Positions 39,552 to 52,100 of a DNA stretch of 64,000 bases are shown here, in pieces. The notes beneath the pieces are model-generated. The model made no database searches. It was not told the DNA's origin and was given only the letters and a program-made list of their open reading frames with translations. The stretch comes from Ruditapes philippinarum. Taxonomy: Eukaryota. The translations under genes and the position numbers were made by a program. Position 1 is the stretch's first letter. Every line of letters starts with the position of its first letter. The stretch lies in contig NW_026853097.1 in assembly GCF_026571515.1 (NCBI RefSeq), positions 1 to 64,000 on the forward strand, in the 5' to 3' direction.

Positions 39552-42500
39552 TTATTTGGGACAACAACAAAACAATATCATACTTTAACTAATTTTATTT
39601 TATAGTCATACATAGTGGCATATGTAATTTATCTCACTGAGTAATGTCTTAGTTTATCTTTGGCATTTTATGGGCACGACTCCATTAATAAAAGCCAAAA
39701 GGTTTGGATACCGGGCATACAAAACCCTGTTAGGGCATCCATAGCAAAGCAAACAAATGACACAAAATCAAAACAAGCAAATGGAACAAACTGTATAGCT
39801 TTTTGGAACAGTATGTTCTAGAAAATAATTGATCAAAGCAATACTAGTCTTTCAATTCTTCATTCACAAAATAGTCAATGTTCACAAATGTATATGAGCA
39901 ACAACACAGCATTGACACTGTTGCGCGAAATTGGTTCTGGGAAGCAGAAACCAGTATCGCCAGTATCACAAAATGTCTATTCGCCGGCCGCAAAATGCAA
40001 ATTTAGCAGACCTAGTATTTGAAAGTTCATAGAACACATCTCTGGAGTCGCACCGTTGTCGAATTCTCTCTGCTGGTGGTTTTGGCCCAAGCAGTTTTCC
40101 TAAAAGATACCTCTTCCGTAGTATTTAGTAGGGCTAGCTGTCTTGAAACACGTCGCTTATGTTGGCTAATCTGAAAACATATCAAAAGAGGACAGAAACA
40201 ACAAAAAAGCAGGATACTAATATTAAATTTAAGCTCAAGTCTTTCACACTTCACACTCATAATTGACCGAGGAGGGCGGGTGGGTTTTTTCAACAATTCA
40301 TTTCTTCCTTGTTACAATATTCGACGCCAGCGTTAAAAGGATATGACGTAGATACAGTACCTACGTCATAACCAGGGCAGGGTATAAGTTGTTCCCCAAA
40401 TAACAGAGACTATTCTATAGAAATAGTCATCATTATCTGGGACAACAACAAAACAATATCATACTTTAACTAATTTTATTTTATAGTCATACATAGTGGC
40501 ATATGTAATTTATCTCACTGAGTAATGTTTTAGTTTATCTTTGGCATTTTATGGGCACGACTCCATTAATAAAAGCCAAAAGGTTTGGATACCGGGCATA
40601 CAAAACCCTGTTAGGGCATCCATAGCAATGCAAACAAATGACACAAAATCAAAACAAGCAAATGGAACAAACTGTATAGCTTTTTGGAACAGTATGTTCT
40701 AAAAAATAATTGATCAAAGCAATACTAGTCTTTCAATTCTTCATTCACAAAATAGTCAATTTTCACAAATGTATATGAGCAACAACACAGCATTGACACT
40801 GTTGCGCGAAATTGGTTCTGGGAAGCAGAAACCAGTATCGCCAGTATCACAAAATGTCTATTCGCCGGCCGCCACTAGACTTCGGATGGTGAACGGGAGA
40901 TTTCCCGTTTTCCAGTCGAAGGCTCCGCCAATAACATATAATATTGGCTTCGCCAATATCATACTATTATTGGCTCCGGCGAATTGAATACTTGAAAAAA
41001 AATTAGTCGTGCCCAGCCATTCTATGATTTATAATACAACACTGCCATGTAGGTAATGCAACTTAGCAAATAAAGCAGCATTCCAACAAATATGCATATA
41101 CTAGCGCTCATAAATCAAATATGACACTATCTGAAACACAATAATTTGGGTAGTAACCACCAAGATCTCGAGTTCAGTGTCATTTCTCCTGACATGAATT
41201 TAGCAAAAGCATTCAATTTTAACTGCTCCAAATATGTGCTAGTTAAATGTATATACATTTGACGGTGCATTTTTTCGAGATATTAATTTAGCAATAACGT
41301 TCAAACTGCTTCAAATATGTGCTAGATACATGTATACAATAAGTGCATTCAATCAACTGAACTATAAATTATGCATCAACACATCAACTTTTCATATATA
41401 CATTTCCTGAACCACTCTATGCCATAGGTGTTCGGCGCGCTGATCGGCCACCCACCCCACAACCCTCCCACCCCCCAAAACCATGTAAACTGCAGTATTT
41501 TTCATTTGAAACATGTTTTAATATTTGGTATATGCTTTTAATTCAATAACCTTCATTTCCCACAAAAAATAAAAAATTGATTAATTATTAATATATACAT
41601 ATTTAGTAAAGGTATGCAACTCGCTGCACATTTTTCAGCACTCATCTTAATAATAATTGAACTCCATAACCCCAACGTTTTTTTTAACCAATTTTCAATA
41701 TTATGGTTCTGAAAGGTTGGAGGGCCGCAAAGTGGGCGAGGGTCCCCCGGGGGCAGCCACCAACCAACGCGCCGAAAACATATGCCCAATACAATAGTGA
41801 CCATCAAGATCGTGAGACCTGCATGACTCTGAGAGCAGATATTTCCAATTGCACTCCATGGGTTCGAATCCTTCCAATTCAACCAACATGTTTAATAATG
41901 TTACATTAATCAGGTTTCCATTTGTTTTTAAATCGCATGATGTAAACTATTACACTCCATGCGGTAAAGAAAACTAGCAACAATTCAATGCATCATATCG
42001 TCGACAAGGCAGAACACTGGTATTACATTTTAGTATGCTTAGCACCTATTGTCATTAGAATAGCATGCAATATTAACGTGTTAGAAATTGTCCTAATTTT
42101 TTACCCCACAATTGTACATAGGTTGCCACAATTGTACATAGGTTCGAGCTATATTTTTCAATTTGCAGCATTTCACACCACCCATCCTGGTCAGTCCTGG
42201 ACTGTCTTTCTTACAACTACATGTGAAGCGCTTATTCAAAATAGTGACTTATACTAATATACTTAACTGAGCTGTAAAAAGATTTGAAACAAATAATAGA
42301 TTTCATGGAATATTTACTAATAAAATATCTTTATTGGCCAAAACATACTAAATTCCCAAACTTCAAGAATAATGGTTTAAGCTTTTTGTTGGACATAAAT
42401 TCTACTGCCAGTGTTATAAGCAATTTAACAAAATATTCTTTCACTGGTCAATTTGCAGCATCCAGCTATACTGTCAGATTCTGTATTGGTTGTTAGTCAA

Positions 42501-43737
42501 TTCAACCAATTAATAGACTTAAATAAACATTGATTATAATAATACTAACGTATTTACATTTTATTTTAATTGAAAGCCGCATTCATTAATCTATCTGCAA
42601 TACAGAAAGCATTTGCTGATTATCAGCCAAGATATTTTTGATTATCAAATTAAGTAGCTGCTGAAAAAAAAATTGCTTAAGAATATGGTAATTTAAGATT
42701 TTGAACAAAGTGAAACCTTAGAACATTGCCAAAGTATTTGCATCATTTTATTTAAACATTGTAAAGTTAGTGTTTTTATGTGCCTTAATATGTTTATTGT
42801 TAATAAAATAATCCAGACAGAAAACGACAAAGTTTATTACCATGAAGATAAAAGGCAATCATTTTAAGAACAAAAATTATATAAATATGGTATGGACTCT
42901 GAAGTGCATAATAATTTATTACAAAATTATGAAAATATTTGTACATTAAATGATTTAATTGACACTAATCAAATAGAATTTAAACAGTATTAAACAGTAT
43001 GTAATAGATATTTTTGACATAACGCATAATGCCCATCCAAGGCTTTAATTATATAATGAGTGAACAGGTGAAAGTCAAATAAGTTTACATCTTGCAATAA
43101 TCTTTTCAAATTTATAATGTACTTTCCATTTTTGAACGATAAATTAATGCAATTGGAAATTACCCAATCAATTTATATAAGTTTGGGACAGTCTTTTTTA
43201 AATTTTAGGCATACTTATATTTTATCATAAACATTTTAAAATGTCAGCTGTAGGTCAATAACATTTTTTCAGTCAATTATTTGAAACATAAAGTCAATTC
43301 AGCATAACTTGACCATGGCAAAATAGGCACAATGTCATTTTAATATCATAACCATGTTATTTTGTAATTAATAGGGTGTACTTTTTCACAATGAAATATT
43401 GTTTCAACACCGAATTTAAAGTAAGACGATTTATATTAACATTTTAAATGTCAAACGTCATACCCTATATGAGTTTACATAAAATTGGTCTTGCAATTCA
43501 ACCAAAGTTGGGTATTATACTAAAGCCAAGAGAAAACTGTCTTGAATGATTTTTCTTTGAAATAAAAGTTAAACGTTGAATGCATGATTTTGTGTAAATA
43601 TTATCAACAGTGTTTAACACTAAAATTTAAGAAGGGTGTTCACTTTTATTACTAGTTTAGGGGAATGAGTACCTATCATATAGCATAAGATTATAAGAAA
43701 ACCTAAAGAAATAGAAAACTTTTAACCTCTTAATTAA

Positions 43738-44242
43738 AGGGAGACACAGGCAAAATTTTCATTTCTTAGTTTTGGATTTTTCATTCACTATTCTGTTAAT
43801 GCCCTCAAAATGAATATATAAGACAGTCAATGGAACAAAACTTTTGTCCATATAAAGAATAAAATGGTGGTTTCCTAACTTGACCCGCGTGGGTCAGGTT
43901 AGAGCGCTATGATTTCGCAATATTTGTCAAAATGAGCTCTGGAAACGTTAAAGAACATTTCAAATGAATGACATAGACTTGTTTCAATCATACAATATCC
44001 AAAATATCTGTTATTGTAACTTAAAAGGTTTGTTCAGGTCACCTGACTTGTTTTAAAACTATTTGGTGATTCTATTGGCGTCTAAATTTTGTTCAACATA
44101 TATAGATATATTTACGTTTCAAACCCAAAATATATAGAATTCAAACAAAATCATGCTGAAACTTCAAGAAATGTCATTTTAGCCTGATTTGAGTACGCAA
44201 ATCATTTATATATCTTTGTCATTATTTTGCCTGAATATCCCT
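43738..44242. mobile_element. Kolobok-type MITE (TTAA TSD)
   Basis: TTAA|AGGGAGACACAGGCAAAAT...ATTTTGCCTGAATATCCCT|TTAA. Confidence 0.75.
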
Positions 44243-44589
44243 TTAAAGTTTTAAGTTTAATTATCTGTAGATATATGGTCAAACTATAAGAAAAAATAAA
44301 AAATAAATGATATACTTTCAAATTTAAAGTTTTATATTTGGATGGTGTTCACTATGCCTAAATCATTAAAAGAGGTTCATAATAATTTAATAAATAAGCT
44401 ATTCATTTATTATATTAAAATATTTATCTTTTTAGGTTGTGTAAAGTAAATAAAAGGTACAATGGAAAATAAATTTTACAAGTGAACTACAACTTGTCAA
44501 CTTAAAATTGCAATAAATTGTGTGTTATAAATCTGTACTATAATGTAGCCTACACCATTAATTATAAACAACATAGTCAAACAAAGACA

Positions 44590-44890
44590 ATTATTAAAAA
44601 TTATTATTATTATTAATTTATTATTATAAATAATTTATTATTATTATTATTATAATTATGAATTCATGATTGTCTTATTATTATCATTAGATCACATCAT
44701 CATTATTATTATTACTATATTATCAATTCATTATTATTTTTATTATTATTATTATTATCATCATCATTAATAATTTTTTTTATTATTATTATTATTATCA
44801 ATTCATTATTATATATTACTATTAATTTATTGTTATTATTTTATTTTTATATAATGTTTATTAATTTACTATAATTATTATTATCTAATA
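44590..44890. repeat. Degenerate (ATT)n/(ATC)n microsatellite
   Basis: Directly visible low-complexity run. Confidence 0.9.
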
Positions 44891-46211
44891 TCTTAATCTT
44901 GTGATTGATGTTGCATTGAAGTCTGTATCTTTTAATTATTGGTGCATTATTAATTTATCAGTTTCTAATTAATGTGATTTTAACCCCTTCTTATCCAACA
45001 TAATTTGCTAATTATGCATACTTCATTTTACCATAAAAACAACAGGCCCTAAATTAAGGCAATGTATTCACATCTATGTGACTATGATAACAAATAATGA
45101 AATATAACTGAATAATTATTTTGTTCAACATGTAGATCTAAACCTAGGTTCCACATTGTAAAATAATGTATAAAATAAACATTTAAACAGGAAATACCTC
45201 ACCTAATACTGTAAGGAACTAAACTACTACCTCACCTAACATCAGTCACCAATTTATCTCATACCACAATTCATCAAATGTCAGGAGTCATCACAAGAAG
45301 CTGCTGATCACCATCGCATTTATTTCCACATTTCCCATACAGACCAGTAGTGTTGTCTTTAATCACATTCTTCCAATCTCGTCCAGCAAAAAGAAAATTA
45401 TAGATCTATTTTGAAGATTTAAAAGCAAATAAAATATATTTTAAAACTGATTAATAATAACTGATTTATTATGAACGTGTTAGACTTATAGACACCTTTT
45501 TTCCCGAATTCAGGACAATTGGCACAAGTTAACAAAAATTTCTTGCTTCCACCATTCTTAACGCCATTGAAAATAGCAAAGTGCACCTAGCTAGATGAAC
45601 CCTCCATCATTTCTTTTTTTAAAGGTTTTCATTACAATCATCATCGTTACCACACAGCGAATGATTTATCATTATAGCGAGATACAGACATAGCTAAATG
45701 AATAGCCGTGGGTGAGAGTAGATCCATGGATCGTCATAATAAAATTGTCAATTTACGATACTGTACAGTAAAGCTAGACAAAGTACAACCTTATGTTCAT
45801 TTCACAAAACAATGCATATGAATAATTTAAAATTAAACTGTTCTCGACAACAATCTTTTGAAGATCTAGATCTCTAAATCTGAATTGACTAAGAAAACTT
45901 CTCTGTCCATATAATATCCTGCTTGATTCAGTGTTCCATGTAAAAGGCATGTTCCCACCAAAGACATCAAGAACAAATCCGCTTCAATCGTGGAAAATAT
46001 CAACAAAATTGCTGCTTATAGGACACACAGATAATCACTGACGTCTTATCGATTCATATTTAAAAGATACTACTATCGATTGTTGTTTTGATCAGCGATT
46101 TCTTTTGATTTTTTTCAACAATTCATTTCTTCCTTGTTACAATATTCGACGCCAGCGTTAAAAGAATATGACGTAGATACAGTACCTACGTCATAACCAG
46201 GGCAGGGTATA

Positions 46212-47021
46212 TAGAGAATAATAGGTTGGTGCCGTGGATTGAGAAAGTTTATCTGGCGAGGCGGAGGAATTTATTGGGTGAGCCGAAGGCGAACCCAATA
46301 AATTCCGGAGCAGAGCCAGATAAACTTTCTCCATCCACGGCACCAATCTATTATTCTATTTATCCCGTCACCGTTTTTTTAAAGAATTTTATTAGGCAAA
46401 CAACCTTTAATCACACTATCGGAAATGTTTCTATATAAACAAAGAAGGCCCTAATTTTTCTACACCAATGCACTCGCCGTTCTTATTATCTCCCCGTGTA
46501 TTTTCACATTGAGGGCGCCATTTTGTTTGAAAAATGTGATAAATAAAAACAATTTTTTGTCGAATTTTGTTGTGAAAACTATCTAGAATGAAAGAAAATG
46601 GTCTAACTAAGAAAATGAATTCGGATACCAATATCTTTTATTCAGTCGTTAACGCTGTACAGACGTTTAAAGTATTGTTTACGTGACGTCACAATGTAGC
46701 GCCAAACAGCACGTGCAAAACAATCAAATCAAGTACGCTATTCTAAAATGTCGCAAACAGTTAAATTTTACATTTATTTCACTTTAAATAATTTTTATTT
46801 CGCTTGAAAAATTATAGAGTGAAATAAAATAAACAAACAAAGTTTTATCAACGTTTCCAAAATTCGTTATTCTACACACAGAAGATTTAACGACAGTTTT
46901 TATATTTTTTCTTGAAAAGTAGTCCGGCAAACATGCATACCACGTGATCAAGTGCCGTAGATCAGTAAAAATATACGGCACCTTGTTATCGGGCCGAAAT
47001 TGAGACAAGTGACAGGATAAA
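46212..47021. mobile_element. Non-autonomous split-palindrome (Crypton-like) element C
   Basis: Absent from the homologous position in unit B1 (GGGTATA|AGTTG). It has a ~150-bp terminal hairpin with apex GAGCCGAAGGCGAA, and internal TTTATCCCGTCAC inverted to the terminus GTGACAGGATAAA. Confidence 0.8.
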
Positions 47022-47070
47022 AGTTGTTCCCCAAATAACAGAGACTATTCTATAGAAATAGTCATCATTA

Positions 47071-47202
47071 CTTTATCTGTGTAAAACCGCGTGTAACTCG
47101 GTCAGTAATCTTCAATAAGATATCGGTATCGACGTATTGTGTGTAAATGTCAGTGTAATGGCTAGAAGTTTATCGGGCCGAGAACTTTTTGATCACACCT
47201 CG
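47071..47202 (-). mobile_element. Displaced 5' end/TIR of the same mariner element
   Basis: Minus strand begins CGAGGTGTGATCAAAAAGTT, a mariner-type TIR. It becomes contiguous with the transposase leader once the TTA-bounded insert 39552-47070 is removed. Confidence 0.75.
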
Positions 47203-48502
47203 TTTAATTGGAGTTTATGTGAACTTCTTTTTGGCCGTTGTTTACCATGCATCAATGTTTAAGAGAAGACCAAAGAAAAATATGTCCGCTTGAGCATGTT
47301 CTTCCCTGTTTGTTTGTTCTATATTGTAGCATTATAATGGTTTCTGTTGCTGCAGATTCCATGAGTCTCAAAATTTATCAATTCTTTTTATTCTATTTGA
47401 TAATCCGTATTTCAAAAATATAAAGATATATTTGTTGTATTGCTATAAGGTACTGTTAAACGTTTTGTTATCTTGTTTCTTTTTCGTTTTTTCCTTCTGA
47501 AAAATCTTTTAAAGCTATCAGGGATTAATCACGATAACGTGCGCTTCTTTCCATATAAATAACGTTAATATGTAATGTGTATAGGTAGTAAATATGATTA
47601 TCAAGTACATGTAGTTTACAAGACTTCTTCAATTTCATAAGATGTATAATGGTTCATGGTCTAGCTGGTGCAATACTTAATTATGCGGGTGTTAATAAAA
47701 GGCTTCAACTACCCACGCATCAGAAATGTGAAAAGGGTATGACAAACAAAACTTATATGGATTCTAACGTCCCATTGGAACTTATGATTGCAAATATTAA
47801 TATTAAGAACTTCCGCTTTGAATATAACATCTTTATTCAATGATATTTTGTTTTAATAATTTGGCAACAATCAATGAAATGTTTGATATTTTTCTATCAT
47901 TTGACAACAAATTGCGCATTTATTGAGTATATAAGTATATGATTTACAAATGCAAATAAATTAGGGATCAACTTTACGTGCAGACATACAATTAAAAATT
48001 AGCGCATGGAATAGATACTTAAAGGTTTTTCGTTTCATCAGAGTGTAGAACATTTAATTCAAAAATATTTTTTTTATAAGAGATTACTATGTTTCAAAAC
48101 AAAATATTTATATTTTATTGGCTGACACAATATTTTTTAAAATACACACTTTTAACTGTTGAATATACTTATCATAGCGTGAACATTGTCGTTTTTTTCT
48201 ATTATACGAGTATGTTATACAAATATGGACGTTTTAGCTGATGAATATGATAGCCGATGTCAATATCAATTTTGCAGTACATACCACATCATATTTACCA
48301 GCTAAAAAATACACATCTGTTTTATTATAAAATTTATGAATAGCTTTTATATAGCTTATCAAATCTGCCATTGAATATGAATATCTGTCTAAGTTCGCAT
48401 TTTGTTTTGATTACACATATGTGATAAAAAAAGATACGTGACGAGTATTGATCATGCCGATAATAGATATGTGATGAGATAAAAACAAAATAAAAACAAT
48501 AT

Positions 48503-48737
48503 GAGCCGTGTCACGACAAAAACAACATAGTGGGTTTGCGACCAGCATGGATCCAGACCAGCCTGCGCATCCACGCAGTCTGATCAGGATCCATGCTGTT
48601 CGCTTACCAACCCTATTACAAGTAGAGAAACTGATAGCGAACAGCATGGATCCTGATCAGACTGCGCGGATGCGCAGGCTGGTCTGGATCAATGCTGGTC
48701 GCAAACGCACTATGTTGGTTTTGTCATGACGCGGCTC
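48503..48737. mobile_element. Palindromic MITE, Sola-like (GAG termini, ATAT TSD)
   Basis: ATAT|GAGCCGTGTCACGACAAAA...TTTTGTCATGACGCGGCTC|ATAT, near-perfect inverted arms of about 100 bp. Confidence 0.9.
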
Positions 48738-49152
48738 ATATCATGTTATTTGGCTCAGCTGAAAATATATAAAAATCCTTTTAAGCATGTACTATTTTCT
48801 TTTGTCAATTCAGAGGTGATAACTTTTTGAAAGTGGCAGATATTTTTTGTAGTAAATGCATATATGTATTTGGCATAAGATGGCTTTAAGCCATCGCTTT
48901 ATTTATTCATTTATATAATTTAGTGAATTTATTGTAGTTGTAACCACATAGGTATTTTAAACAACACGAGTACATGTAAATGTTGGAAATGATATACATG
49001 TACACTTATTCTCTGTAACTTTTGTACCGTAAATGTTGCAGAAGATGAAACTAATTTTCTTTGAATGGAAATACGCTGTATTCTCATGTTACTATGCATG
49101 TGTTTGTAGTTAAAGTAAAACGAGTCAAAAGAAAAATATTTTTACAGATAAA

Positions 49153-52100
49153 ATGTGCAAGATAAGGTTTATGCTGTTGTTCCTGCTGACGTCAGTCCAC
49201 ACAACAACAGGTAACTTATAATTCCTTACTTTCATATGTCAATGGTAATTACCATTCTGTTTGATTTGTTGTTATTTGTTTATGTTCTTGCTTGATAAAG
49301 GTTTAAAAACATCTACCAGTGTCAGGCCTGTCAACGTGTAAGCAAATGTTTGGAAATGGACCTACAATTTCTTAACAAAAATTGAAAGGCTATTTTGAAT
49401 ATGAGTAAAAATTTTCTGTATTTATTTTTTGAGAATATGGCTAAATAGTTTATACTGTATAACCGCTAAAACTATCAAAGGCGCATTTGTACGAAAGCTA
49501 CAAGTACCAATCACCTTACTAAAATTGCCGCTATTTATGTATCATCCGAATCATATATTTTAAACTGTACAATTTGCTATATTCATTGGCCTGCAGACTA
49601 TTGTTAATACTCACGGATGCTTCTGTTACAATTTACTAGATAACTTTCGAGACTAATACCATAAAGTAAATTATCCCTTGTATCAATAACCAGGTGCCGA
49701 TTATTTGGACATTACTGGAGTAAGACTTGTAGATGGCAATGGTACATTTAGCGGACGTGTTGAGATCAAGGTTGACGGTGTTTGGGGAACAATCTGTGAT
49801 TACGCTTTTGACATGAACGACGCCGAAGTTATATGCAGAACACTGAATCTGACGTATGTTTATTATATTAAATTTTGTAATAATCTCTTCAATATTTTTC
49901 CTCTTTTTGTTAAACAAACATACTGTATAGTTTTCTTTCAATTGTAATAAAAATAAACCAATTCCTCATTGGATGGGAAATGGCAGCCATAAACTCTCCA
50001 AACCAGTGCAGAAGCCTGTGTAACCTACATATGTAACTCATCACCTATTTTCTTTTCTATTTACGTCGTAAGTTCTAAATTTTACCAGTTCATGTTAAAT
50101 GTTGAATTCTGCTTAAGCAGGTGCTAGGGGGCGTGGACGGTAGTTTGCACTTGACAGTACCGTCCATGAACAGGCTCAATCAAACCGAGCCTGCAACATT
50201 TTCAATTGTGCTGTGTTGGGCTTTCTTTCGGGATTCTTATTTTTCTCTATTTTATCGCCACATCAGCGTTGTTTGTGCCGTGTGGAGGCTGTAAAAAGTC
50301 ACCCCGTACATTCAATCAGGGATGTTATATTTCCGATCCTTAAAGATCGTTAAGCACGACATTATTGTTGTGCTTGTGGTTTTTTCGTTCTTTTTATTTG
50401 GCATCTTTCTTGTTGGGTGGTTCCAGTATTCCTCGCTTGAATACTGTTGAATCACCCTTAGTATATGTGGCCTGCTTTTTAAATTTGTCCTGTTGACGTC
50501 GTATCTGTGATATGCAGGCTTCATAACTTCTGATCCCCTTTCAAAATTCCATTTTATTTAGTTCCGCCCATTGTTTTCTCGTTTAGGGCACACACATCTT
50601 TTTACTTGGGAACCATATGCCGCTTAACATGGAATGGCACTAACGTTTCACATTGAAGGTTCCATGATAACCGCCACATGAACACATCTGCGGATGTTTC
50701 AAAATTCTAAATTTTACCAGTTCATGTTAAATGTTGAATTCTGCTTAAGCCGGTGCTAGGGGGCGTGGACGGTAGTTTTCACTTGACAGTACCGTCCATG
50801 AACTGGCTAAATCAGACCGAGCCTGCAACATTTTCAATTGTGCTGTGTTGGGCTTTCTTTCGGGATTCTTATTTCTCTCTATTTTAGTTATTCAGTACAC
50901 TATTCCTTATCTATTCTTGATGAAATTTTGATAATTGCATGAACACGAATGTAATATCTTCTTGTATCATTACATAGTTTTATCCTTCTTATGTAAGCTT
51001 ATCATTTGTCGTGTTTTCCTGTCAAATGTCTCAATCTTATGTTGCATTTGTATTCTAAACAGACCTGAACATTTCCGTTTATGTTATAATAGATTTGTTT
51101 TTTGAACACATTTTAAATGTTAGATAAATAATACCAAAGACTATTTATATGCTAAAATATTAATTTCCATTTCAGAGCAACATCATTCTTTACGGGAGCA
51201 CACTATGGGCTAGGTAAAGGTCCAGTATTTGCTCAAAGGTTTCATTGCTATGGACATGAAAGTCACCTTAGAGATTGTCGCTTCGACCCCAATACTTTTT
51301 GTTCTCATTCACGGGATATTGGGGTAATCTGCACAGGTACAGATTCGTTCACAGAAAATGTTAATTATCTTTAATAGGTGTGAACTTTTAAAATAAGGAG
51401 TCACAGAAACTTTAGAAAAACATATCAAATATTATCTGTTATGGCCAACAAGTTCATAAATATAAAAAGCAATTAAACGTCTTCTCTTTAAACTTCCTAA
51501 TTCTTAAAAACCTACCTATAAACGATTACTGATCATTACATTATTATAATATTTAGTAATAACATGAAAAATAAAAGTTATTTCATAACATTAAGTTTAT
51601 TAACACTAACCAGTTTTAATTCGTGAAACACATAGGTAAAATGGTTTGTGAGAACACTATGAATGATCATTTCATTTCATTGACAGAATGTGGAGAAATC
51701 GACATCAAAAATGGAATCATTGAGTCAATATCATCAAATGGTACAGTTCTTACAACCTCTTGTGTAACTGACTACCAGACAAACACACACACAAGTGTAT
51801 GCCAAACTAATGGCAGCTGGTCAAACAACATTATATGTGCAACATCTGGTAAGTTTGAATTATTTTCTGGATTGATAAGTTAACGCTAATGCGCTAGACT
51901 TGAGCTAGACTTGCAAGAGGAAAGAGATACATTTATAAATTTTGATTTTCTTTTATTTTCTTTGCATGTTAAGGTCAGATGTTAGCTTTATTAAAATGTT
52001 GCTATGCAATAGATGTAATAGCCTTTCCAACGCCACTTCCTTCGTCTTTACCTGCAATATAACTGGAACATTAGATTAAAGGTGTATTCTAGGGTTACAT

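Larger units (their letters stand above)
39552..47070. mobile_element. Head-to-tail tandem of two related non-autonomous elements (B1 39552-40435, B2 40433-47070) bounded by TTA
   Basis: Near-identical 440-bp 5' blocks (39552-39991, 40433-40872), shared ~100-bp 3' blocks (about 40285-40386, 46110-46211) and an identical terminal 48-mer GTTGTTCCCCAAATAACAGAGACTATTCTATAGAAATAGTCATCATTA. Confidence 0.85.

Noticed and set aside
48411-48729. Overlapping ORFs on both strands
   Set aside because: Artefact of the palindromic MITE.
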